From Mobula hypostoma (taxonomy: Eukaryota), in the NCBI RefSeq assembly GCF_963921235.1, contig NC_086097.1, positions 191,334,001 to 191,398,000 on the forward strand: a stretch of DNA of 64,000 bases. The letters run 5' to 3'. The notes beneath the pieces were generated by a model. The model worked only from the letters and a program-made list of their open reading frames with translations, ran no database searches and was not told the origin of the DNA. This document shows positions 63,822-64,000 of the stretch, one piece after another; within the stretch, counting starts at the first letter, position 1, and every line of letters begins with the position of its first letter. The translations under genes were made by a program, and so were the position numbers.

Positions 63822-64000
63822 CTAAATAAAAGTACAGAAGGGATAAGCAGAGAAGCCATTGTCAGGGTGGCCATTGTCTGGAGTAGTCTAGTGGTGAGAG
63901 TAGAAGCGCTAGGCTTTGGCTCAGAAGAAGCGTCAGCTCTGTGCAAAGCGTCTGCAAAGATTTCCTTCTTTGTTTTTTTTCTCTCTCTTACTGTACCATT

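Overview
This is eukaryotic, vertebrate-type DNA made almost entirely of transposable elements, probably intergenic or intronic. The repeat spectrum (abundant CR1, Rex1/Babar, Penelope, V-SINE-like and RTE-derived elements) suggests a cartilaginous fish, probably a ray; that assignment is inference. I recognise no intact host gene, rRNA, tRNA or CRISPR array, and nearly all supplied ORFs are TE fragments or shadow frames. The main structure is an ~18 kb nested TE cluster (2.2-20.5 kb). A minus-strand CR1 is split by a Sushi-like chromodomain Gypsy (7236-16968). The 5' region of that Gypsy is replaced by two oppositely oriented pieces of an RNase-H-bearing I/Nimb-type LINE. A younger, nearly intact CsRn1-like Gypsy (11756-15962; tRNA-Trp PBS, CHCC Gag knuckle, CTCT TSD) then inserted into the LINE piece. 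Other items are Penelope ends with degenerate minimal hammerhead cores, two RTE-derived non-autonomous elements with structured 5' regions, a Tigger-like and a hAT-like non-autonomous DNA transposon, an L1-type insertion with a 16-bp TSD, and a weak in-phase chain of candidate micro-exons. Family names come from motif recognition, not database searches.
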